Of a stretch of DNA of 26,584 bases, positions 15,108 through 23,449 are shown piece by piece (position 1 is the first letter of the stretch; every line of letters begins with the position of its first letter). The DNA is taken from the IMG/VR virus record IMGVR_UViG_3300022742_000112, positions 1-26,584 of that record. One strand, given 5' to 3'. Source of the stretch: a virus. Lineage: Duplodnaviria; Caudoviricetes. The position numbers and the translations under genes were made by a program. Below the pieces are notes generated by a model. The model saw nothing but the letters and a program-made list of their open reading frames with translations. It made no database searches and was not told the origin of the DNA.

Positions 15108-15572
15108 ATGGCATGGGTAGCGCTGATCGGCGCAGGTCTCGCAGCGGCGTCTCAGGTTCAGCAGGGGCGCAACGACAAGGCATGGGCCAAGTACCAGGCA
15201 GAGCAAACACAAGCCGATGCGAACGCGGAAGCCGGCGCCGCGCAGGTGCATGCCTCGAACATCATCAGCATGGCAGACCGGCAGCGCAAAGCAGCGCGTG
15301 CGGCGATGGCAGCCTCGGGTGTCGACGTGAATGGGATTGGAACGCCCACGATCGTGGATAGCCAGATCGCGGGCGACGCTGAGCATGACGCGTTCCTCAC
15401 GTTGCTCGGTGGGGAGGATGCGAGGAAGCGTGGCCAGCAACAGGCAATCGGCTTGAACATCAAAGGTAACAACGCGCAGAAGGCGGGCTACCTGGGCGCA
15501 GCAACGACCATGCTGAGCGCCGCAGGCAGCATGTACTCCGGCGGCAAGGTTGGCTGGCAGGGGGGGCGATGA
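15108..15572 (+). CDS. Small internal virion/ejection protein (T7 gp14-like)
   Basis: Hydrophobic Ala/Gly N-terminus, AAMAASGVD motif, position. Confidence 0.8.
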   Translation: MAWVALIGAGLAAASQVQQGRNDKAWAKYQAEQTQADANAEAGAAQVHASNIISMADRQRKAARAAMAASGVDVNGIGTPTIVDSQIAGDAEHDAFLTLLGGEDARKRGQQQAIGLNIKGNNAQKAGYLGAATTMLSAAGSMYSGGKVGWQGGR

Positions 15573-17572
15573 GACTGCCCATGGGGAACTTCGGCAACCT
15601 GGAGCCCGTGTCGGGGGGCTCGCATGTTGTCGCCAATCCGGGGAATGAAGGTCTTCAGGCCGTGGAGGCCTTGGGGAAGACCGCCTCAGCGATCGGCAGC
15701 AACATCGTTCGCATGCGCGATGCAGAGGCCGAACGCGAGCGGCTGCAAAAGGAGCAGGAAGCAAGGCAGGCGCAGGAGCGCGCGGACCGAGCTGCGACTA
15801 TCACCGCGCAGATCCGCTCTCAGAATGGCCTCTCCGATCTGCAGGACACGCTGTCCGCTGGCTTGGCCGATGGATCGATCACGCCAGACGTTGCGCGTGA
15901 CCGCTGGAAGACACAGAGCCAGGAGGTGGTCGACACGCACCTAGGCGGCGCGCCGGAGCAGTACCGCGGCATCCTCAAAGCAGAGTCAGAGGGCTGGGTA
16001 GGAAAAGGCTCAAACATTCTGGAGGACCGCATCCGCGTGCGGGCCCAGCAGGATGTAGGCGCCAACCTGTCGGCGATCGGCGAGGAGCTGCAACGCACGG
16101 CACGCGACGACATCACCGGAGCGACAAAACGTTTCGAGGAAGTGATGGACGTCATGGGTCCGCAAGCGGGGCTGAAGCCCGAGCAGATCCAGACGAGCAA
16201 GCAGAAGTTTCGCGAGCAGACCCGCTACACCCAGGCCTACGACCTCATGGGCAAGGCTGGCGACAACATTGGTGCGTTGCGAGCGGTATCGACTCGGCTG
16301 GGGAGTGACGAATTCGCCGATGTGGACCCGCAGCGTCGTGTGGCGCTTGAGACCGGCATCCAGTCCAAAATCGCCACACTGGAGAACCGGGCGGCCATCC
16401 GGCAAGAGTCAGCCATGCGCCAGGCGGAAGCCACCTTCACATCCTTCTCGACATTCATGGACTCGGGTCGCATGCCGACCGAGGCCTACACGCAGCAGGT
16501 GATTTCGCGCGTGAAGGGCACGCCCTACGAAGCGGCGGTCATGGAGTCCATCAAGCAGGCACCGCACAACGCTGCGTTCGCGAGCCAGCCCGTTGGGCAG
16601 CAGGTGGTAGCCCTGCAGTCGATGGTGTCGGAGATGAACCAGAGCGGCAGCTCGCCGCAGATGGAGGCCGCCTACAGGAAGCGCGAGCAGATCGTGCGCG
16701 GCACGATGGCCGACATCGAAAAGGATGCGATCAGCGCGGCGCTGGATCGCAACGTTATTGCTGCGGTGCAGCCCCTGAACTTCGCCGATGTCACGACCCT
16801 GCCGGCGCAACTGGCCGCACGCGGCGATACGGTGGCCAAGGTCAGCACGTGGGCCGGCAAGACGGTCTCTCCGCTCACGGCCGAGGAAGCCAACGCACTA
16901 GGACGCGCGATCGACCCGCTGCCGCCGACGCAGAAAGCCCGCGCACTGGAAGCCTTCGCGCGTGCCGTGCCGCAATCGCAGATGCTGGCGATCTCCAAGC
17001 AACTGGGCGACAAGAACGGAGACCTTGCGATCGCGGCTGCACTTTCGGTGCGCGACACCACGGAAGGCCGCAACGTCGGAGAGCTCTTCCTCAAAGGCAA
17101 GGAAGCCATCGCCCAGGGTCGCGTAAAGCTCGACACCAACAAGGAAACGGGCGTCAAGGCGCAGATCTTCGAGCGTCTGCAGGGCGTCTATTCCTCGCCA
17201 GCCGCCACCCAGGCGGCTGCTGATGCGGCCTATGCGGTGTATGCCCAACGCAAGACCGAGGGATCGGACAAGGTTGATACGGCGATCAGCCTGGTTACGG
17301 GCGGCATCAAGGACCACAACGGCGGGAAGATCGCCAAGCCCTACGGCTGGAGCGACGACAAGTTCGATGACTGGCTGAAGACCACGACGCCGGCCACGCT
17401 AGGTGCGGAGCGCTTTGTGGTCAACGGCAAGGAAACGAGTGCGGCTGAGCTGTCCGCGGCGCTGCCGGGGGCACGTCTTCGCGCCTACGGGGATGGGCAG
17501 TACCTCGTGGAGAGTGGATCAGACGTGGTGCGTCTGCCCACCGGTGCGCCCTTCATCCTCAAGGTCAAGTGA
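15569..17572 (+). CDS. Internal virion/ejection protein, 667 aa
   Basis: Helical Ala/Gln-rich sequence; position between the gp14-like gene and other large ejection genes. Confidence 0.75.
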   Translation: MRLPMGNFGNLEPVSGGSHVVANPGNEGLQAVEALGKTASAIGSNIVRMRDAEAERERLQKEQEARQAQERADRAATITAQIRSQNGLSDLQDTLSAGLADGSITPDVARDRWKTQSQEVVDTHLGGAPEQYRGILKAESEGWVGKGSNILEDRIRVRAQQDVGANLSAIGEELQRTARDDITGATKRFEEVMDVMGPQAGLKPEQIQTSKQKFREQTRYTQAYDLMGKAGDNIGALRAVSTRLGSDEFADVDPQRRVALETGIQSKIATLENRAAIRQESAMRQAEATFTSFSTFMDSGRMPTEAYTQQVISRVKGTPYEAAVMESIKQAPHNAAFASQPVGQQVVALQSMVSEMNQSGSSPQMEAAYRKREQIVRGTMADIEKDAISAALDRNVIAAVQPLNFADVTTLPAQLAARGDTVAKVSTWAGKTVSPLTAEEANALGRAIDPLPPTQKARALEAFARAVPQSQMLAISKQLGDKNGDLAIAAALSVRDTTEGRNVGELFLKGKEAIAQGRVKLDTNKETGVKAQIFERLQGVYSSPAATQAAADAAYAVYAQRKTEGSDKVDTAISLVTGGIKDHNGGKIAKPYGWSDDKFDDWLKTTTPATLGAERFVVNGKETSAAELSAALPGARLRAYGDGQYLVESGSDVVRLPTGAPFILKVK

Positions 17573-18999
17573 TGTTCGACGAGATCTACTCAGACTCGCA
17601 GCAGGCCGTTCTAAACGACATCACCCGGCGCGGTTTACCGGCGCCACCGCCGCCGCCCAAGCCGGGCGTGTTTGCGGGGTTTGGTCGTTCCGTGGGCGGG
17701 TCGGTCATGCAGGGCGGTGCGTTAGCTGCGCGCGGCGTGGGCATGGCGCTGTCCGTCGTGCCCACAGCAATAGATGCGGTGGTGGGCAGCGACAACATGT
17801 CGAGTTCCACTCTGACCGACGACTACTTCAGCGCCCTGGATCAGCTCACCAAGCCGGCGGTCGATTACTGGAAGCCGAACCCGGATGGCGTGGGCACGGC
17901 GTCGCAGATTGCCGGCGGACTCGCGCGGATCGTGTTGCCGCTCGCGGCAGGTGGCGGAAACCCCACGCTGGTAGTCGCCGGCGAGCAGGTGGGCGCCTAT
18001 GACGAGCTGGTGGCCCAGGGTGTTGATCCTTCGACGGCGAACAAGGCCGCCACCGTGCGCGGAGCAACTACAGCGATCGGCATGATGATGCCGGCTGCGC
18101 TCGTGTCTGGCCGAGTCGCTGCGGCAACAGCGGGCGCTGTGGCAAATCCGCTGGTCGGGATCGGCGATCGTGCGGCTACGCAGTTCATTCTCGAGAATGC
18201 CAACTACGACAAGATTGCCGCGCAGTACCAGCCGCTGGACGCCACCTCTATCGCGATCGATGCGCTGGTCGGCGGAGTGGCGGGTGCGGCCGCAGGCAAG
18301 CCGCGCGTGCCGGTGTCCCCCGAACAGCACGCTGCGGCGATGGCCCTTAACGAGGCGCACGTAGCCGACGAAGCCACTCTGGTGACCGCTCCAGACCCGA
18401 ACGCTAAAACGCTGGCCACAGACTTGCAGGTGGAGGCCGCACGTGCCGTGGAGGCGGGGCAACCCGTCGCAGTCGCTGAACGCGCGCCGGTGAATCCGGC
18501 TCTGGTTGAGACGAAGCGCACCGAAGCGGAATCCCGCCTCCGCGAGATGGGCATCGCTACTGACAGGGAGGCACGCTCTTGGCGCCCGACGCAAATCGGC
18601 CTGCCTGACGGGATGATCGAGCGGACCTCCGATCGGCTGCTGGAGAAGATGGGCAGCGCGATCGACGAGAAGATCAAGAACAGCGTCGCCACCGACGAAG
18701 ACATCGCCACGCTTAGCGCCATTCGAGCCGAGCAGGCAAGGCGCTCCCAAGGCCCTGCCGCTGCGCCGGAAGCATCACCGACTGCGGTAGGCACGAAGGA
18801 AGTCCAAGCGGAGGAACCAGACCCGGTGCGGGCGCTGGTCGAAGCCAATCCGGAGCGTCGTATCCGTCTGGAGGATGGTACTGAAGTGAGCGCGGGCGAG
18901 CTTTACAAGCAGGCCGAGACCGAAGCGGCGCAAGCCGAAACCGACAGCCGTGGCTACCAGGCCGCGGTGACCTGCTTCATTCAACACGGGGACATCTGA
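17572..18999 (+). CDS. Internal virion/ejection protein
   Basis: TGATG coupling (GTG at 17569 also possible); Gly/Ala-rich weakly hydrophobic helices. Confidence 0.75.
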   Translation: MFDEIYSDSQQAVLNDITRRGLPAPPPPPKPGVFAGFGRSVGGSVMQGGALAARGVGMALSVVPTAIDAVVGSDNMSSSTLTDDYFSALDQLTKPAVDYWKPNPDGVGTASQIAGGLARIVLPLAAGGGNPTLVVAGEQVGAYDELVAQGVDPSTANKAATVRGATTAIGMMMPAALVSGRVAAATAGAVANPLVGIGDRAATQFILENANYDKIAAQYQPLDATSIAIDALVGGVAGAAAGKPRVPVSPEQHAAAMALNEAHVADEATLVTAPDPNAKTLATDLQVEAARAVEAGQPVAVAERAPVNPALVETKRTEAESRLREMGIATDREARSWRPTQIGLPDGMIERTSDRLLEKMGSAIDEKIKNSVATDEDIATLSAIRAEQARRSQGPAAAPEASPTAVGTKEVQAEEPDPVRALVEANPERRIRLEDGTEVSAGELYKQAETEAAQAETDSRGYQAAVTCFIQHGDI

Positions 19000-21485
19000 T
19001 GCGCAGCGAATGCATCGAGGCGGTGGGCAAGGCGCTGGGCCGCTCTATCACCCAGGATGAGGCGCAGGGCATCGAGGACCGCCTGCGCGAGAACATGCGC
19101 GAGCTGGCCCGCAAAGATCCGGCAGCGTGGCGCACGCTCTCTACGGCAGATCGTCTGATGCAGGGCGCAGAAGCCGCTTCGAAGCAGCTGCTCGCCGAAG
19201 CTTCGAAGAAGAAGCAGCGTGTCGCGCTCCAGATCATGGCGCATGACCGCGTTACCGGCCGCTACGAAGCGCTCACCGCCAAGGGGCGCACGCCGTTTGC
19301 CGCCGTGGGGCGCATGCTGCAGAACGTGGATGCGTACTCAAAGGGCGTGGCGAAGGAGTACTTTTCATCCTTGGTCGACACGCTCCATGCGGTGGATACC
19401 AAGTGGCTTGGGATGGTGGAGGACGCCGGCTCTGTGCAGCGCTTCGTGCGCGAGGTGATGGGGCAGGCAACGGGCGACGCCAGAGCGGCAAAGGCGGCAA
19501 AGGCTTGGCTCGATACCATCGAAGAGATGCGTCAGCGCTTCAACCGCGCGGGTGGCGACATCGGCAAGCTCGACTACGGGTACCTTCCGCAGCCACACGA
19601 CCAGGCGCGCGTAGCCGTCGCCGGCAAAGAGAAGTGGGTGGCCGACACGCTGCCACTGCTGGACCGCAAGCGCTACCTGAACGAAGACGGCACGACCTTC
19701 AGCGATGAGCAGATGCGCGAGATGTTGGGCCGCGCCTGGGAGACGATTGCCACCGGCGGGCTGAACAAGATGGAGCCCGGCAAGGCTGTAGGTACCGGCT
19801 CGCGGGCGAACCGTGGCAGCGACCATCGGGCGATTCACTTCAAGGACCCGGAAGCTTACTTCGCCTACATGAACGAGTACGCGCGTGGCGGCGTGTTCAA
19901 CGCTATGCAGGCGCACGTAGGCAGGCTCGCCAAAGATATTGCCCTGGTCGAAGAGCTCGGCCCGAACCCGGAAGCGATGTTCCGCTATGTGCAGGACACC
20001 GCGAAGAAGACGGGCGATAGCGATCTCATTGGCCCGTACCTCGTGCGCAGCGGCGACATGTGGGCAGCGCTCTCCGGCAAGACGGGAATGCCGGCTAACG
20101 TGAAGCTGGCCGACTTCGCCCAGGGCATGCGCAACGTGCAGGTGTTCGCCAAGCTCGGCGGAGCCATGCTATCAAGCGTGACGGACATCCCTACCTACTT
20201 TGCTGCGACAGGCTTCAACAGGCTGCCATGGCTCACGTCGGCCACGAACCTGGTTCGCTCCTTCGGCAAGGATGCGAAGGAGTTTTCCAACCGCGGCGGA
20301 CTGATTGCTGACTCGATCGTTTCGGACATGAACCGCTGGGCCGAGGGAAACATCGGCGCGGGCTGGACCAGCAAGATCGCCAACGCCACGATGAAGGCCT
20401 CTCTGCTTGAGGCTTGGACCGATGCCACCCGCCGCGCGTTTGGCATCTCGATGATGGGCGGCATGGCGCGCATGGTGAAGAGCGATTGGAAGGATTTGCA
20501 TCCGCGCGACCTGCGAGCGCTGACCGCCAAGGGCGTGACTGAGCAGGACTTCCGGATATGGCAGTTGGCAGAACCCGAAGACTGGCGCGGCACTGCGATG
20601 CTGACGGCCTCGTCCATTCGGGCTATCGCTGAACCCAAACTGGAAGCGGCTGGCTTTAGTGCTACGGACATCTACCGCGCGACGTCTCGCATGCTTGGCT
20701 TCATCGCGGATGAATCCGAATACGCCTCTCTCGCTCAGGATCTGCAGACGCGCGCGGCCGTACAGCGCGGTACCCAACGTGGCACGATCGAGGGCGAGCT
20801 GCTGCGCTCGGTGATGCTGTTCAAGGGATTCCCGATGGCCATGATTTCGCGGCACTGGGAGCGCGTCGCTGACACCTGGCGGGACGGCGACAAGGCGCTC
20901 GCCCTGGGTTACGCCGCGGGCCTATCCACGGCACTGACGATCTTCGGTGCCATCGCAATCCAGTTCAAGGACATGGCGGCGGGTAAGGACCCGCGCGATA
21001 TGACTGGTCAGCAGGGCGAACACCCCACGCAGGCCGCCAAGTTCTGGACAGCCGCGCTGATGCAGGGTGGCGGCCTCGGGATCATGGGGGACATCCTCTA
21101 CACCAGCATGGGCGGTAACGACCGCAGTGGCCGGCCCAACTGGGCTAACCTGGCCGGACCCGTGTTCGGGGATGTGGCGGATGCGATCGACCTGACTGCC
21201 GGGAATATGGGCGAGGCCATGCGCGACGAGGACACGCACTTTGGCGCCGAAGCCCTGAAGTTCACCAAGGGCCACATGCCTTTCGTGAATCTCTGGTACG
21301 CCAAGACGCCACTGGATCGCGCATTCTTCAATGATCTGCAGGAAATGCTGTCACCAGGATACAACGCCCGTATGCGGGGGCTGACCAAGCGCGATTGGGG
21401 GCAGGAGTACTGGCTGGCGCCCGGACAGGACTTGGGTGATGCGCGCGCGCCGAATCTCGGCGCAGCAATGGGGAAAAAGCAATGA
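18999..21485 (+). CDS. Large internal virion/ejection protein, 828 aa
   Basis: MRSECIEAV start, YLPQPHD, FKGFP, GGGLGIMGD and PFVNLWY motifs of epsilon15/BPP-1-like core proteins. Confidence 0.85.
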   Translation: MRSECIEAVGKALGRSITQDEAQGIEDRLRENMRELARKDPAAWRTLSTADRLMQGAEAASKQLLAEASKKKQRVALQIMAHDRVTGRYEALTAKGRTPFAAVGRMLQNVDAYSKGVAKEYFSSLVDTLHAVDTKWLGMVEDAGSVQRFVREVMGQATGDARAAKAAKAWLDTIEEMRQRFNRAGGDIGKLDYGYLPQPHDQARVAVAGKEKWVADTLPLLDRKRYLNEDGTTFSDEQMREMLGRAWETIATGGLNKMEPGKAVGTGSRANRGSDHRAIHFKDPEAYFAYMNEYARGGVFNAMQAHVGRLAKDIALVEELGPNPEAMFRYVQDTAKKTGDSDLIGPYLVRSGDMWAALSGKTGMPANVKLADFAQGMRNVQVFAKLGGAMLSSVTDIPTYFAATGFNRLPWLTSATNLVRSFGKDAKEFSNRGGLIADSIVSDMNRWAEGNIGAGWTSKIANATMKASLLEAWTDATRRAFGISMMGGMARMVKSDWKDLHPRDLRALTAKGVTEQDFRIWQLAEPEDWRGTAMLTASSIRAIAEPKLEAAGFSATDIYRATSRMLGFIADESEYASLAQDLQTRAAVQRGTQRGTIEGELLRSVMLFKGFPMAMISRHWERVADTWRDGDKALALGYAAGLSTALTIFGAIAIQFKDMAAGKDPRDMTGQQGEHPTQAAKFWTAALMQGGGLGIMGDILYTSMGGNDRSGRPNWANLAGPVFGDVADAIDLTAGNMGEAMRDEDTHFGAEALKFTKGHMPFVNLWYAKTPLDRAFFNDLQEMLSPGYNARMRGLTKRDWGQEYWLAPGQDLGDARAPNLGAAMGKKQ

Positions 21486-21817
21486 GGCAGGAGCAACTGG
21501 TGCGCTTGCAGGAGCTGGAAGAGAAGCTCGCCGATGTGGTGCTGATGGAGTGCGATCCGGACCTTTGGCCGGGCTCTGGCGTGCGTCCAAGCGAGCTCAC
21601 GCAGCAAGAGCGCGGGGACCGGTACTGGTGCAAGAAGAACGCGGCGGCCACGTTCGCGCTACTGCAGCGCACGGCCTCTCTCCTGACCGACGCCTCGCGG
21701 CCGAAGGGCGGCGAACACGGGGACGACGAGGACCTGGACCGAGAAGTCGCCAAGGCGGAGAAGGAGGCGGCACAGATCCTGAAGAAATTCACGAGCACCG
21801 CGCGTGGCCAATCGTGA
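21482..21817 (+). CDS. Probable terminase small subunit
   Basis: Overlaps the terL start; ERGDRYWCKKNA motif; assignment mainly positional. Confidence 0.6.
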   Translation: MRQEQLVRLQELEEKLADVVLMECDPDLWPGSGVRPSELTQQERGDRYWCKKNAAATFALLQRTASLLTDASRPKGGEHGDDEDLDREVAKAEKEAAQILKKFTSTARGQS

Positions 21818-23426
21818 GATCAGCTTCGCAGCGTTCTATATTCTGTGGGGGCAGCACCGGAACTGGGTAGTGCCGCCGGTGCACCTGCGGGCGTGCCACT
21901 GGATGGAACACCGCGGAGACCTAGCCGTACTGCGAGCGCATCGCGGGTTCTCCAAGAGCACGATCCTTGCCGCGTACAACGCATGGCGCTACCTGCGCCA
22001 GCCAGCCTATCGCATCCTGCACCAATCGGAATCCGATCCGACCGCCTACAAGACGAGTCGCGACACGCAGAACGTACTGCGCAACCACCCGCTCACCAAG
22101 GGCATGTTCCGCGAAGGCGGCGTGCAGGAATGGTGGGTAAATGGCGCCGAAGACTCTCGCAATGCGAGCATGTACGCGCGGGGGATTCTCTCCAACGTCA
22201 CAAGCGCGCGTGCGGAGGAGTGCCAGAACGATGACGTGGAAGTGCCGCGCAACATCCAGACACCCGAGATGCGCGAGAAGCTGCGCTACCGCCTGGGCGA
22301 GCAGACGCACATCCTCGTACCTGGAGGGCGTCAGCTCTTTATTGGCACGCCCCACACGCACGACAGCCTCTATGACGAGATGGAAAAGCTAGGCGCTGAC
22401 TGCCTGACGATCCCGATGTTCGAGCGCGAGTGCCGCATCGATGACGCCACACAGGATGCCTACCCGCTGCCATTCGTGCCGGAGTTCGTGTTCGCCGGCA
22501 TTGGCAAGTCGGCGCGCGTTCTGGTGGCCGGCCGCGACTACCGCATGCGCGGCCAGACGCTAGTCTTCTCCACGCCGCCAGGAGGGTTGATCGACTGCTA
22601 TGCGGGCGTTGCCTGGCCCGAGCGCTTCGATGGCAAGGAGCTGGAGAAGCGCCGCAAGCGCACCCGCACGATCAACGAATGGGACTCGCAGTACCAGCTG
22701 CACAGCAAGCCGATCCACGACGTGCGGCTCGACCCGAACCGCATGGTCCCGTACAGCGTAGAGCCCACGTTCCGCACTATCAACAAGGCCTTGACCATGT
22801 GGCTGGGGAAGGCCCGGGTCGTGAGTGCGCGCGCTTACTGGGACTGCGCAACTGGGCGCATCGGCGGTGACGACTCGGTGCTATCGATCGTCCTGGACGA
22901 TGACCGCGGCAACCACTACTGGCACCGTGCCGTTGCACTCACGGGCGACTATGCCGAGTTCGACGATACGCGGAACACGAAGATCACCGGAGGCCAGGTG
23001 CTGCAGGCTGCCGAAATCGTCAGAGGTCTGCGTATCCCGCGCGTCACGGTAGAGACTAACGGCGTGGGGACGTTCGTGCCCAAGCTGCTGCTGCGCGCCT
23101 TGAAGCAAGAGGGTGTGCGGTGCGGCGTCGCAGAGTCGCCGGCGCGCGGCAACAAGAACGAACGGATCCTCGGCGGCTTGGAGGGGCCGCTTCTTTCGGG
23201 CGTGCTCTGGGCACATACGAGCGTAGTCGACGGCCCGGCCGGCACGCAGATGAAAGAGTGGAACCCGAAAATCAGCGACCAGCCGGACGACTACCTCGAT
23301 AGTGGTGCCGGCGCACTACTCGATGCGCCCGTGCGCATTGGGCAAACGGGTGGGAAACCACCCTCCGACCGAGACGAGGATTGGCGCCCAACAGCGGGCG
23401 TTTTTGAGGTTGCTCTGGAGGCCTGA
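21804..23426 (+). CDS. terL: Terminase large subunit (T7 gp19-like)
   Basis: Walker A HRGFSKST, Walker B NDDVE, IGTPH, nuclease motifs YWDCATG...DDS, VETNG, KNERI and DDYLD. Confidence 0.93.
   Translation: MANREISFAAFYILWGQHRNWVVPPVHLRACHWMEHRGDLAVLRAHRGFSKSTILAAYNAWRYLRQPAYRILHQSESDPTAYKTSRDTQNVLRNHPLTKGMFREGGVQEWWVNGAEDSRNASMYARGILSNVTSARAEECQNDDVEVPRNIQTPEMREKLRYRLGEQTHILVPGGRQLFIGTPHTHDSLYDEMEKLGADCLTIPMFERECRIDDATQDAYPLPFVPEFVFAGIGKSARVLVAGRDYRMRGQTLVFSTPPGGLIDCYAGVAWPERFDGKELEKRRKRTRTINEWDSQYQLHSKPIHDVRLDPNRMVPYSVEPTFRTINKALTMWLGKARVVSARAYWDCATGRIGGDDSVLSIVLDDDRGNHYWHRAVALTGDYAEFDDTRNTKITGGQVLQAAEIVRGLRIPRVTVETNGVGTFVPKLLLRALKQEGVRCGVAESPARGNKNERILGGLEGPLLSGVLWAHTSVVDGPAGTQMKEWNPKISDQPDDYLDSGAGALLDAPVRIGQTGGKPPSDRDEDWRPTAGVFEVALEA
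23347..23381 (+). promoter_or_regulatory. Putative late promoter 3 inside the terL 3' end: GGGTGG-GAAA-CCACCC, 12 nt, GAGGAT
   Basis: Third palindrome copy with one loop substitution, upstream of the tailspike-lysis block. Confidence 0.65.
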
Positions 23427-23449
23427 CGTCCGCGCACAGCGAGGCGTCT

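Noticed and set aside
6224-15110. Several neighbouring genes in frame across a single stop (6226/6233, 7571/7572, 9430/9434, 15104/15108), suggesting read-through or recoding
   Set aside because: Different stop codons are involved, most downstream genes have an SD, and no suppressor tRNA is seen; standard code gives intact genes.
7425-22361. Many long antisense or alternate-frame ORFs (e.g. 7425-8582, 13364-14860, 14472-15764, 17722-18750)
   Set aside because: Typical shadows of high-GC coding genes; no motifs or convincing starts.
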